64,000 nt of DNA from Candidatus Latescibacterota bacterium (GTDB lineage Bacteria; Latescibacterota; UBA2968; UBA8231). Numbering within the stretch: the first letter of the stretch is position 1; every line of letters starts with the position of its first letter. This document shows, piece by piece, positions 8,535 through 17,966 of this stretch. The notes beneath the pieces are model-generated. The model saw only the letters and a list, made by a program, of their open reading frames with translations. It had not been told where the DNA came from and searched no databases. The stretch lies in NCBI GenBank assembly GCA_965203355.1, contig OZ241889.1, forward strand, positions 2,400,001 through 2,464,000, given 5' to 3'. The position numbers and the translations under genes were made by a program.

Positions 8535-10226
8535 CTAGCGGCCAAACCAAGCGGCAATGGCTTTGCGGCTGAGCGCGTTGGGGATGTCGGCGGCGCGGAG
8601 CCAGCCCTTGCGGGCAATGCCGATGCCGTAGCCGAGATGGTCTAGGCCGGCCATGCTGTGGGCGTCGGTGTTGACGGCGATTTGGACGCCGCGGTCACGC
8701 GCCTTTTTGACGTGCCGCCAGTCGAGGTCGAGCCGCGACGGATGGGCGTTGATTTCGAGGGCGACCTCACAGCGGGCGGCGGCTTCGATGATCGAGTCGA
8801 TATCGACAGCATAGCCTTCGCGCTTGAGGAGCAAACGCCCGGTTGGATGGCCGACGATGGTGGCAGCCGGGTGCTCGATGGCGCGGACGATGCGGGCGGT
8901 CATGGCCTCGCGGCTCAGGTTGAACTGCGAATGAACCGAGACGACCACGAAGTCGAACTGGGCAAGCAGCTCGTCGTCGTAGTCGAGTGTGCCGTCGCTG
9001 AGGATATCCGACTCAATGCCTTTGAAGATGCGGAAGGGAGCCAATTCCTCGTTGAGTCGGTCGATTTCTTCCCATTGACGCTGGACGGCCTCAACGCGAA
9101 GCCCGCCGGCGTAGGCCGCGGTCTGGCTGTGGTCGGCAATGCCCATGTACTCAAAGCCGCGTTCTTGTACGGCGCGGGCCATGGCTTCTAGGCTGTCGGC
9201 CCCATCTGAATAGGTCGAATGCAGGTGGAGCATTCCGCGAATGTCGGCGACTGTTACCAACTCGGGCAGCGTGTCGGCGGCGGCGGCGACTTCGCCTTGG
9301 TTTTCACGCAGTTCCGGCGGGATGTAGGCCAGGCCCAAGGCGGCGAACAAAGCCGCTTCATTATCGCACTCGACGCGCTCGCCGCCGCGCCAGAGCCCGC
9401 GTTCGTCGAGGACTAGCCCGCGCTCGGTGGCCTTGGCGCACAGTGCCGCGCGATGTTCCGCGCTGCCCGTGTGGTAGTGTAGGGCTGCGGGGAAGGCATC
9501 TTCTGAGACTATGTGCAAGTTGGCTTGTAGCCCGCTGAACAGCCGCCCGGCGCCCGGTGCGAGGACTTCGGCGATATCCGGGTGGGCGACAAAGGCCGCA
9601 GTCGCGGCCTCGGCGTCGGTGGTGCTGATTACGAAGTCGAGCTGTTGGACCGTCTCGCACGCTCGGCGCAACGCGCCAGCGGTGGCGAATTGCCGTGCAT
9701 AGGGGCGCAAAACGGCGAGCAGACTTTGAGCACTTTGGTGGGCACTATCGACGCGACAATGGCCCTCGTGGGCGCGAATGAACTCGACGCCCTTGAGCAT
9801 GGCGGCCTGAGTTTTGGAGCCAAAGCCCTTGAGCGCGGCGAGTTGGTCGTTGCGACAGGCTTGTTCGAGGGCATCGAGGGTTTCAATGCCGAGGGCCTTG
9901 CGGATGACGGCGATCTTGCGCGGGCCCAAGCCGGGGATTCGCAACATGTCGAGCAGCCCCTCGGGCGTGGTGTCCCGCAGCTTTTCATAGGCTTGGGCCG
10001 TGCCGGTTTCGGCGAACTCGGCGACTAGTTCGGCCACGCTACCGCCGATGCCTTTGACCTCGGTTAGGGTCCCGGCGGCGAGCAGTTCGTCGAGGGGGGA
10101 TGTTAGGGTTTCGAGGGCGCGCACGGCATTGGCGTAGGCGCGGACCCGGAAGGGGGAGGCGCCGCTGAGTTCGAGAAGGGTGGCGTACTCGTCGACAAAA
10201 TCCGCGGCGATTCGGGCCGTTATCAT
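8535..10226 (-). CDS. polX: PolX family DNA polymerase / PHP 3'-5' exonuclease (non-canonical polymerase site)
   Basis: Start MITARIA at 10226. FRVRAY, HhH motifs GIGGS/GLGPRK/GFGSK, YIPPELRE. PHP motifs HLHSTYSDG, ADHS, GHPTGR, EINAHP, NTDAH. Confidence 0.92.
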   Translation of the reverse strand: MITARIAADFVDEYATLLELSGASPFRVRAYANAVRALETLTSPLDELLAAGTLTEVKGIGGSVAELVAEFAETGTAQAYEKLRDTTPEGLLDMLRIPGLGPRKIAVIRKALGIETLDALEQACRNDQLAALKGFGSKTQAAMLKGVEFIRAHEGHCRVDSAHQSAQSLLAVLRPYARQFATAGALRRACETVQQLDFVISTTDAEAATAAFVAHPDIAEVLAPGAGRLFSGLQANLHIVSEDAFPAALHYHTGSAEHRAALCAKATERGLVLDERGLWRGGERVECDNEAALFAALGLAYIPPELRENQGEVAAAADTLPELVTVADIRGMLHLHSTYSDGADSLEAMARAVQERGFEYMGIADHSQTAAYAGGLRVEAVQRQWEEIDRLNEELAPFRIFKGIESDILSDGTLDYDDELLAQFDFVVVSVHSQFNLSREAMTARIVRAIEHPAATIVGHPTGRLLLKREGYAVDIDSIIEAAARCEVALEINAHPSRLDLDWRHVKKARDRGVQIAVNTDAHSMAGLDHLGYGIGIARKGWLRAADIPNALSRKAIAAWFGR

Positions 10227-11008
10227 TGCTTTTGCTCGTGCATTAGGCGAAGAATGCGCGATACCAGCGTCGCGTTGCCAGCGGCGAGTCCGTCGGGGAT
10301 GCGGGGGGCGGCTTGGTTGTAGGTGCGCACTTGGTGGTCGCATGTGTGCATGAGGCCGCCGGCCTCGCGCACCAATAGGTCGCCAGCGCAGACATCCCAC
10401 TCGTTTTTGTCTTGGATGCTAAAGTTGAGGTCGCCGACCCCCGCCGCTACTAGGGCTAACTTGTAGGCGACGCTGCCGACGGGGCGGATTGCGCCGAGGT
10501 GCGGGCGAAAGGGGTCGATCTCGCCGCGTTTGGTCTCGCTGCGGCTGACGACGGCCGTGGCTTGGTTGAGCGATTGGACCTCGCTGCAAAACACGCGCCG
10601 ACCATTGCAGAAGGTGCCGCTGCCAGAGACGGCAGCGAATACTTCCTCCTGCGCGGGGTTGTAGATAACCGCGAGGGTCGGCACACCGCTTTCGACTAAG
10701 GCCACGGCAACCACGTATTCGGGAATGCCTGCGACGAATTCGCGGGTGCCGTCGATGGGATCGACGATCCACACGGCTTCTTTTGCGAGACGTTGGCGGT
10801 CATCGACGGTCTCTTCGGAGAGCCAGCCGCAATCTGGGCGCAGGTCGCGCAAGGCTTGCTTGAGGTAAGCGTCCGCTTGGAGATCGGCCGTGGTCAACGG
10901 ATCGTTCCGGTCTTTGTAGGCGACCTCAAGAGGCCCGCCGAAATAGTGCAAGGTCAGTGCCCCGGCCTCGCGGGTGGCTGCTATGGCTTGTTGGAGTTGG
11001 GTTTGCAT
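10223..11008 (-). CDS. cysQ: 3'(2'),5'-bisphosphate nucleotidase CysQ / inositol monophosphatase family
   Basis: TTADL, WLSEE, WIVDPIDGTREF, GSVAYK, EWDVCAG. Probable start MQTQL at 11008. Confidence 0.85.
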   Translation of the reverse strand: MQTQLQQAIAATREAGALTLHYFGGPLEVAYKDRNDPLTTADLQADAYLKQALRDLRPDCGWLSEETVDDRQRLAKEAVWIVDPIDGTREFVAGIPEYVVAVALVESGVPTLAVIYNPAQEEVFAAVSGSGTFCNGRRVFCSEVQSLNQATAVVSRSETKRGEIDPFRPHLGAIRPVGSVAYKLALVAAGVGDLNFSIQDKNEWDVCAGDLLVREAGGLMHTCDHQVRTYNQAAPRIPDGLAAGNATLVSRILRLMHEQKQ

Positions 11009-11074
11009 GAACAAAGTCTGAAAATAGGGGTTAAAATTAGGGAGAGCAATGGGTCGCATGAGAGCGAGAACGGC

Positions 11075-11104
11075 TTGACAAGACAGCGCGGCGTCGGGTA
11101 GATT
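11075..11104 (+). promoter_or_regulatory. Putative sigma70 promoter for 11131 gene
   Basis: TTGACA-18 nt-TAGATT in a divergent intergenic region. Confidence 0.6.
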
Positions 11105-11130
11105 GAGAAGGCAGAATTGACAACTTCACA

Positions 11131-11769
11131 ATGAGGTGGAACATGCGTTGGATACTATGGATTTGGCTGCCGATGGTCTTGCTGGCGGCACGCGGGGCTG
11201 AGGCGACGATGGAGACCGAAGCGGTGCGGAGCCTGCTGCAAGAGATGCAGGCCGAAGAAGCGTGGGGTGAAGCCTCATTTACCGATGGCCGGGTGCGCTC
11301 GTTGCGCGTGCGGGCGCTCGAGGCGGATTCGGTGGCGGTCGTCGAGGTCGTCGGTGCCTTGCAGGAGCGAGAGGCGGCGTATGCGCTGGCCGAAATTCGC
11401 GCGCTGCGCGCGCTAGGGACGCATCGCATTCAGGCACGCCACGCCGCGTACCAACGGCCAAAGTCCGGGCTGTTGGCCTTCCTGCTGGAGTTGCCCGTGC
11501 CGGGCGCGGGCTATTTCTACATTGGCGAGCACAAACAGGGTCTCGCGCTCATGGGGCTGACGGTCACGGCGCTAGGGACGGCCGTTCTGACGGGTGCGGA
11601 CACCGCGGCTGGTTGGGTGCCGCTGTCGGCGTGGATCAAGATCGCGTCGCTGGTCCATCTGCGCGACCAAGTACAAACCATTAACAAGTGGGCCAAGAAC
11701 GTGGAACTGGGTGCTCTGCCCGGGCGCGAAGCCGCGGTTCCCGCCGTGCGGCTGAGGTTGGGTTTTTAA
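11131..11769 (+). CDS. Hypothetical exported/membrane protein (TM2/DUF5683-like segment)
   Basis: Signal peptide, KSGLLAFLL..PGAGYFYIG motif, two hydrophobic helices, ends LRLGF. Confidence 0.7.
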   Translation: MRWNMRWILWIWLPMVLLAARGAEATMETEAVRSLLQEMQAEEAWGEASFTDGRVRSLRVRALEADSVAVVEVVGALQEREAAYALAEIRALRALGTHRIQARHAAYQRPKSGLLAFLLELPVPGAGYFYIGEHKQGLALMGLTVTALGTAVLTGADTAAGWVPLSAWIKIASLVHLRDQVQTINKWAKNVELGALPGREAAVPAVRLRLGF

Positions 11770-11859
11770 GCACCGAAACTGTCCGCTCAAAGGTCCCCGT
11801 CTATACCGTCTCCATCGGAATCCCCACCCCCATCTTCTTCAGATGCAACGCCTTGGATC

Positions 11860-12093
11860 ATGCAGGCTCTCAACCGGATCTATGAACGACTTGACGAGAT
11901 TGGGAAGGACGTGAGCGAGCTGAAGGAACGAATCACACGCGTCGAAGAGAAAATTCAGCCTATCCCGAAGATCGAAAAGAAATTGTGGAACCTTCAACGC
12001 AATTTTTGGATCGCTACTGGAATACTGCTGGTTATTGTCTTTTTAGCGCGAATGGTCCTACCGGATTTCGATATCACTATAACGCCAAAGTAA
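11860..12093 (+). CDS. Small coiled-coil protein with C-terminal TM helix; open frame extends back to 11770
   Basis: LDEIGKDVSELKERITRVEEKI heptads, then FWIATGILLVIVFL. Lower GC than flanks. Confidence 0.65.
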   Translation: MQALNRIYERLDEIGKDVSELKERITRVEEKIQPIPKIEKKLWNLQRNFWIATGILLVIVFLARMVLPDFDITITPK

Positions 12094-12144
12094 AGTAATA
12101 ACAGTCAGCAGCCTAACGATCACATCGGACCTACGCTTTTGGAT

Positions 12145-12171
12145 ACCGGCCCTTGCGGGGGCCGGTTTTTT
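12145..12171 (+). terminator. Rho-independent terminator
   Basis: ACCGGCCC-TTGCGG-GGGCCGGT hairpin followed by a T run, between convergent genes. Confidence 0.75.
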
Positions 12172-15100
12172 ATGCTCGCCAGACGCGGCCGAGCCAAGCC
12201 CTTAGATCCATAGCCAAGCTGAGGAAGGTGGGCACCAAGAAGAGGGTGAATAGCGTCGAAAGCAGCAAGCCGCCGATGACGACGCTGCCCAAGCCGCGGT
12301 AGAGTTCGGAGCCCGCGCCAGGGAAGATGACTAGCGGCAGCATTCCCAAGGCACTGGTAATCATGGACATGAAGATCGGCCGGACGCGGCTGAAAACCGC
12401 GTCGCGGATGGCCTCTTTGACTGGCGTTTCGGGCGCGCCGCGCAGGATATTGAGCGTCTGGTGGACAATGAGGATGGCGTTGTTTACCACCACGCCGATG
12501 AGGATGACAAAACCGAGCATGGTGAGGATGTCGAGCGGCTGATAGGTCAGCGCGAGGTTGACGACCTCCAGCCCGAGAATGCCGCCCGCTAGTGCCGGCG
12601 GTACGCTGAGCATGATGACGAATGGGTAGAGGAAACTCTCAAAGAGCGCGGCCATCAGCAGATATGTAATCACCAAGGCTAACAGGAAGTTCCACTGGAG
12701 CGCTTGGCGGGTGCGCCGCAGATCGTCGGCCGAGCCGGAAAGCCGGATCTGGTAGGGCGGTGCCAGTTCGCCCGAATCGACGAGCGGTTGGACGATCTGA
12801 GTCTGGATATCATCGAGCACCGTCTCTAAGGCGATGGTCTCTGGCGGGATGACTTGGACGGTGATGGCCCGGCTGCGCTCGATGTGGTTGATCTGCTCGG
12901 GGCCGGTGGTAACTTCGACGAGTGCCACGGCGCTGAGCGGCACTAGCTGCCCGCGTGGAGTGTAGATGGGCAGGGCCTCAATGTCTTGAGTGCGGAACCA
13001 ATCCTCCTCGCCCCGCAGCACCAAATCGATTTCCTCCCCTTGAAATTGATAGCCATCAACGAGGGCGCCGTCTAGCAGCGCGTTGACCGCCGAGCCGATG
13101 TCCCGCGCCGAAAGCCCCAAGTCGGCGGCACGCACGCGGTCGGGGAGGATGCGGACTTCTGGATTGCCCAAGTCGAGGCTGGGGATGGGGCGGGCTTGGG
13201 CACCGGGCACGACTTGGCGGACTTGGCCGAAGATCCGTCCGCCCAATCCGATGAGGCGGTTTAGATCGGGCCCGGTGATCTCGATGTCGATGGAGCGCCC
13301 GCTGCCGGTGGCGCGCTGGAAGAGACTCGACTGCTGGACGATGGCGAAGGTGCCCGGTACGCCGCCGAAAACCGGCCCTTGGATGACCGGAATCAGCTCG
13401 CGCACCCGCGCCGGATCGGCTGAGCGCGCGCCCATGAAGGCCGAGCGGCCAAAGGCCACGAAGAACATGTTGTCAACCGGTGGTCCCGACAGCGCTTGGG
13501 CTTGAGGGGTGTCCGGGGTGGCTGCCGCTTCCCAGTGGGGCCGCAGGGCGTCTTCAATGGTCTGGCCGACTTGGATAAGCTCGTCGAGGTTGTAACCGGG
13601 CGGCGGCAGAATGATGCCAAAGACTAGGTTGCGGTTGCCAGTGGGCAGGTATTCGGATTTGGGCAGCAGGGTCCAAGCGATGGCCAGCGAGAGGCCGATC
13701 AGTCCGGCGATGACCCCCAAACGCCATACCGTGCTGCCGCTGATGCGGAAGACGCTTTGAGCAATAAAGTGGCGCACTCGGTCGCCCCAAGCAGCCAATG
13801 CGTCCCCGCGCTGCTTATCGCCGCCGAGGATTTTGTTGGCCAAGCTGGGGATGACCGAGAGGGCCACGATCAAACTGAGCACCACCGAGCAGGAAACCGC
13901 AAGGGCGATGTCGCGGAAGAGCTGGCCGGCCTCGTCCTCGACAAAGACGATCGGCAGGAAGATCGCCACGGTAGTCAAGGTGCTGGCTAGGAGCGCCCCC
14001 CAGACCTCCGAAGCTCCGTCCAAGGCCGCCCGGGCGCGGGTTTTGCCCATTTGATGGTGGCGGAAAATGTTTTCGAGCGCGACGATGGCATTGTCGATGA
14101 CCATGCCCACCGCAAAGCTCATACCGGCCAAGCTAACGACGTTGATGTTGCGGCCCAAAAGCCACATAGCCAAAAAGGTGCCGACAATTGAAATCGGGAT
14201 GGCCGTGGCGATGATCGCCACCGAACTGATGCTGCGCAGGAAGATGAAGAGCACGGCCACGGCCAGCGTGCCGCCGATGATGATGTTGGAGCGGACCAAG
14301 TTGATGGCGCTGTCGATGTAGTCGGTCTCGTCGTACACCTGCGTGAGGCGGATCCCCTCGCGGGCCAGCGGCCCCTCGTTGAGCTCTTGGATGGTGCGGC
14401 GGATGCCGTCCATAACTTCGAGGACGTTGGCTCCGGTCTCGCGCTGGGCGTTGATGGCAATGGCGGGGTGGCCCTTTTGTCGCACGGCCGCCCCAGCGCG
14501 GACGTAGCCGAGGCGGGTGCGGGCGATCTCGCCGACGGTGACTCGGGTGCCATTGGCCGAGCGGACGACGACCTGCTCGATGTCGCCGGGCTGCTGGTAC
14601 TGGCCGACGGTGCGTACGATGTAGCGGCGCTTGCCCTCGTCAAAAGCCCCGGCGCTGGTGTTGGCGTTTTCGCGAGTGAGGGCCTGGGCCAGGTCTTGGA
14701 CGGTGATCTGGCGGGCGGCCATAGCCTGCGGATCGACGATGACTTGGAGCTGGCGGTCGTAGCCGCCATAGACATTGCTCCGGGACACGCCGGGTACGCG
14801 CTCGAGGGCGGTCTTCACCACTTCCTCGGCGTAGTCGCGGTAGCGCTCGATGTCCAGACCGTCGCGGCCCGGCAAGGATTCGAGTATGATCCACGTGATG
14901 GCCCCGCTTGGGCCGCTGCCGCCGGCCGAGAGCACGGGCCGCTCGGCGTCGAGCGGATAGCCAAACACTTGATCGAGCTTGTTGGAGACGAGCAAAAGCA
15001 CCGCATCTGGATCGACGCCGACGTTGAACTCGAGCGCGACCACGCCGCGACTGTCGTTGCTCTCGCTGGTCATCAGCACCAGCCCCTCGACGCTTTTGAG

Positions 15101-15310
15101 CTGTTCCTCTTGGCGCTGGACGATCTCTTGCTCGACTTCTTCGGGGCTAGCGCCCGGCCACGCGGTGGTAACTGTAACGATGGGCCGATCGACGTCCGGG
15201 GTGAGCTGAACGGGGATGCGGAAGAGGGATATCAGGCCGAACAGCGCGACAAAGAGCACGCCGACGATCACGCTGACGGGACGCTTGATGGCCGTATCGA
15301 CTAGGCGCAT
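12170..15310 (-). CDS. RND efflux permease (AcrB/AcrD/AcrF family)
   Basis: 1046 aa. IKRPV, GASPEEVE, GMVIDNAIVALENI, GVVVNNAIL, SRVRPIFMS. Confidence 0.95.
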   Translation of the reverse strand: MRLVDTAIKRPVSVIVGVLFVALFGLISLFRIPVQLTPDVDRPIVTVTTAWPGASPEEVEQEIVQRQEEQLKSVEGLVLMTSESNDSRGVVALEFNVGVDPDAVLLLVSNKLDQVFGYPLDAERPVLSAGGSGPSGAITWIILESLPGRDGLDIERYRDYAEEVVKTALERVPGVSRSNVYGGYDRQLQVIVDPQAMAARQITVQDLAQALTRENANTSAGAFDEGKRRYIVRTVGQYQQPGDIEQVVVRSANGTRVTVGEIARTRLGYVRAGAAVRQKGHPAIAINAQRETGANVLEVMDGIRRTIQELNEGPLAREGIRLTQVYDETDYIDSAINLVRSNIIIGGTLAVAVLFIFLRSISSVAIIATAIPISIVGTFLAMWLLGRNINVVSLAGMSFAVGMVIDNAIVALENIFRHHQMGKTRARAALDGASEVWGALLASTLTTVAIFLPIVFVEDEAGQLFRDIALAVSCSVVLSLIVALSVIPSLANKILGGDKQRGDALAAWGDRVRHFIAQSVFRISGSTVWRLGVIAGLIGLSLAIAWTLLPKSEYLPTGNRNLVFGIILPPPGYNLDELIQVGQTIEDALRPHWEAAATPDTPQAQALSGPPVDNMFFVAFGRSAFMGARSADPARVRELIPVIQGPVFGGVPGTFAIVQQSSLFQRATGSGRSIDIEITGPDLNRLIGLGGRIFGQVRQVVPGAQARPIPSLDLGNPEVRILPDRVRAADLGLSARDIGSAVNALLDGALVDGYQFQGEEIDLVLRGEEDWFRTQDIEALPIYTPRGQLVPLSAVALVEVTTGPEQINHIERSRAITVQVIPPETIALETVLDDIQTQIVQPLVDSGELAPPYQIRLSGSADDLRRTRQALQWNFLLALVITYLLMAALFESFLYPFVIMLSVPPALAGGILGLEVVNLALTYQPLDILTMLGFVILIGVVVNNAILIVHQTLNILRGAPETPVKEAIRDAVFSRVRPIFMSMITSALGMLPLVIFPGAGSELYRGLGSVVIGGLLLSTLFTLFLVPTFLSLAMDLRAWLGRVWRA

Positions 15311-15316
15311 GACGGA

Positions 15317-16327
15317 CTAGGGCTGCCGGCGGATGATGCGCACGGCTTGGCCGTCCATCAGCCGCTCGTTGCCGCGCACCACTACGAGGTCGCCGGGCGC
15401 GAGGTCGCCAGTAACGGCTACGTAGCCCTTGTACGCCAGTCCAGTTTCGACCGGGCGACCGACGGCCTTGCCGTCGCGGGCTAGGTACACGACTTGTCCC
15501 GGCGGGCCGGAGACTAGGGCGTCCTTGTGTACCAGAATTGAGGTCTTGGGTTGCGCGATCTGGAAGCGCACGCGTGCGGACATATTGCTGCGCATCTGGC
15601 CGTCTGGGTTGGGAGCCCCGACGACGACCGGGAAGGTGCGAGAGGCGGCATAGCCCTCGGCGAGGATGATGGCCACGAGGCCGGCAATGGGGTCGCCGCC
15701 GAGGGCATCGACGAAGATGTCTGCGCGGTCGCCCAAGGTGAGCTGCGACACGTACCGCTCGGGCACATCGACGTACACGCGGACGGTGTCAATGGAGATT
15801 ACTTGGGCCATCTCGCCGCCGCGCCCGACCCATTGGCCGACCTCGGTAAAGGTCTGGATGATGTGCCCGGCGAAAGGGGCGCGGACGAAGAGATCGTCTA
15901 CTTGCGCTTGGAGGCCGGCTAGCTTGGCTTGGGCACGGGCTAGCTCGTAGACGTCGTCGCGCAGGTCTTGCTCAGACACCGCGTCGGTGGCGCGTAGCTG
16001 GCGGCTGCGGTCGTAGTTAAACTGGCGCAGTTCAAAATCGGCTTGGGCTTCGGCTAGCGAGGCTTGGAGCGGATCGTTGGCTAATTCAAAAAGCGGATCG
16101 CCGCCGCGCACGGCTTGGCCGGTTTCCTTGAAACGCCGGACCACTCGTCCCTCGGTCTCGGCGGCGACGCGGCTGGAACGCATGGGCTGGATGCGCCCGA
16201 CCAAGGAGAGTTCTTCGACGAGCGGCTGTTCGAGGACCTCGGCGACGATGACCGGCGTCGGCGGGCGCTCTTGGCCGCGGAGTGCGCTGGGCAGCAAGGT
16301 CAGGAGCAGGAGGAAGACACGGAACAT
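15317..16327 (-). CDS. RND membrane fusion protein (periplasmic adaptor)
   Basis: Start MFRVFLLL. VAAETEGRV lipoyl half, VRAPFAG, GDLVVVRG. Adjacent to the RND permease. Confidence 0.9.
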   Translation of the reverse strand: MFRVFLLLLTLLPSALRGQERPPTPVIVAEVLEQPLVEELSLVGRIQPMRSSRVAAETEGRVVRRFKETGQAVRGGDPLFELANDPLQASLAEAQADFELRQFNYDRSRQLRATDAVSEQDLRDDVYELARAQAKLAGLQAQVDDLFVRAPFAGHIIQTFTEVGQWVGRGGEMAQVISIDTVRVYVDVPERYVSQLTLGDRADIFVDALGGDPIAGLVAIILAEGYAASRTFPVVVGAPNPDGQMRSNMSARVRFQIAQPKTSILVHKDALVSGPPGQVVYLARDGKAVGRPVETGLAYKGYVAVTGDLAPGDLVVVRGNERLMDGQAVRIIRRQP

Positions 16328-16405
16328 TGATAGATGCCTTTGGCAGATGGCCGAGTGAAAAGTCGCCAAGAAAGTAGGAATTGGATTGAACCGAGACAAT
16401 AGGCA

Positions 16406-17200
16406 CTACTTGCGCCGTAGAACGGCGGTCTCGCGTGCAAACCGCGCTCGATGGTCTTGGCCGCCGCTGGCTCCGTACTGAGCGATCAGGTGCTCGATGC
16501 GGCGGATGCGCTCGCCGGTGGGCGGATGGCTGGCGAAGAGCTTTGCCAAGTCGGATCGTCGGTGCGCTTCGAGCTTTTTCAGCTTTGCAAAAAAGCGCAG
16601 CAGACCGTGCGGATCGTACCCCGCCTCAAGGGCGTAGCGGACGCCGAAAGTATCGGCTTCGCGCTCGTCGTCGCGGCTGAAGCGGGCACTGCCGAGCTGG
16701 GCGGCGATCTGGCCGAGTTGGTAGGGATCTTCGCCGAGGGCGAGCTTGGTGAGGAAGTCCATGCCGAAGCGGGCGGCGAGTTGGTTGGCCGAGTGGCGGC
16801 CGACGATGTGGCCGATCTCATGGGCGAGGACGCCGGCGATCTCGGCCTCGTCTTCGGCGATCAGCAGCAGGCCGCTATAGACGTAGAGGTAGCCGCCGAG
16901 GACGGCGAAGGCGTTTATTTGCTTGGGGTCGTCGAGGACCTTAACGCGGTAGCGGATGCCGGGGCGATCGGCGAGGGCCGGGGGCAACAGGGCTTTGGTG
17001 ACGCGCTGAATGTAGGACTGGAGGCCGCGGTCCGGGTGGAGGCGTTGTTGGGCTTCGATTTGCGCGGCGAACTTCGCGCCGAGTTTGCTCTCGGTTTCAG
17101 CGGAAATCAGGACATAACCCAGCTCGCGGCGGACGCTGGCGCAGCCAGACGAGAGGGCACAAGTGGCGACGAGCAGGACGAGGAGGGGGCGTTGGAACAT
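16406..17200 (-). CDS. M48 family metallopeptidase lipoprotein
   Basis: Lipobox-like LSSGC, INAFA..GG, VLAHEIGH, FSRDDEREAD, SHP..ERI. Confidence 0.9.
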   Translation of the reverse strand: MFQRPLLVLLVATCALSSGCASVRRELGYVLISAETESKLGAKFAAQIEAQQRLHPDRGLQSYIQRVTKALLPPALADRPGIRYRVKVLDDPKQINAFAVLGGYLYVYSGLLLIAEDEAEIAGVLAHEIGHIVGRHSANQLAARFGMDFLTKLALGEDPYQLGQIAAQLGSARFSRDDEREADTFGVRYALEAGYDPHGLLRFFAKLKKLEAHRRSDLAKLFASHPPTGERIRRIEHLIAQYGASGGQDHRARFARETAVLRRK

Positions 17201-17245
17201 GGCCGTTGGCTTTCTGGCGATGGGTACGGGTTAAACACCAAACGG

Positions 17246-17965
17246 CTAGCGCTGGTTCTTTTTTTTTCGCGCACCAAACTCGATCATTTTTTTTTGCGGC
17301 GAGAGGTTGATTTCGTCGAGTACTATGCCGTCGCGCGCGGTCAGGGCTTGGACGACGACCGCGGCGACATCTTCCGGCAAAATGTAATTGTCGGGTGCTG
17401 GGCCGGGCCGGAAGTCCAAGGCGTCGAAAAAGGGCGATTGGACCAGGCCGGGGTTGACCAAGGTGACGCGGACGCCGGCGCGGGCACACTCGGCGCGCAG
17501 GGCTTGGGCGAGGCCGCGCAGGGCGAATTTGGCCGCGCAGTACAAGCTGCCTTGGGCCGTCCCCGCGTGCGCGGCTTCCGACCCCATAAAGACCAAGTGC
17601 CCGCGTCCGGCCTTTTTGAGGGTCGGCAAAAAGGCCCGGGCGACGAAGGCGTGGCTGGTGAAATTGAGATCGATCGCGGCGCGGATTTGCTCGTAGGAAA
17701 ACTGCTCTAGGGTGCCGAAGCGACCGATGCCGGCATTGAGCACTAGGGCGTCGAGAGCCGGGTAGGTGGCGACGAGAGTTCGTAGGTGCTTGGGGAGTTG
17801 ATCGAGGTCGGCGAGGTCGATTGTATGCGACTCGAAGTGGCGGTCCGCGCAGGGAAACTTGCCGAAATCGCGGGCAACGCCAATGGCGCGATGATCGTCG
17901 GCGAGGAGCCTTTCACAGATGGCGCGGCCAATGCCGGAACTGGCCCCAGTAACTAAGACGCGCAT
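17246..17965 (-). CDS. Short-chain dehydrogenase/reductase
   Basis: Start MRVLVTGASSGIG. LNAG, YCAAK catalytic motif, VNPG. Confidence 0.92.
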   Translation of the reverse strand: MRVLVTGASSGIGRAICERLLADDHRAIGVARDFGKFPCADRHFESHTIDLADLDQLPKHLRTLVATYPALDALVLNAGIGRFGTLEQFSYEQIRAAIDLNFTSHAFVARAFLPTLKKAGRGHLVFMGSEAAHAGTAQGSLYCAAKFALRGLAQALRAECARAGVRVTLVNPGLVQSPFFDALDFRPGPAPDNYILPEDVAAVVVQALTARDGIVLDEINLSPQKKMIEFGARKKKNQR

Positions 17966-17966
17966 A

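Noticed and set aside
16451-17710. 419-aa plus-strand ORF, and many other long shadow ORFs (e.g. 5246-6067, 14387-15304, 27468-28337, 27610-28488)
   Set aside because: Antisense or alternate-frame to well-supported genes, expected at high GC, and no motifs.
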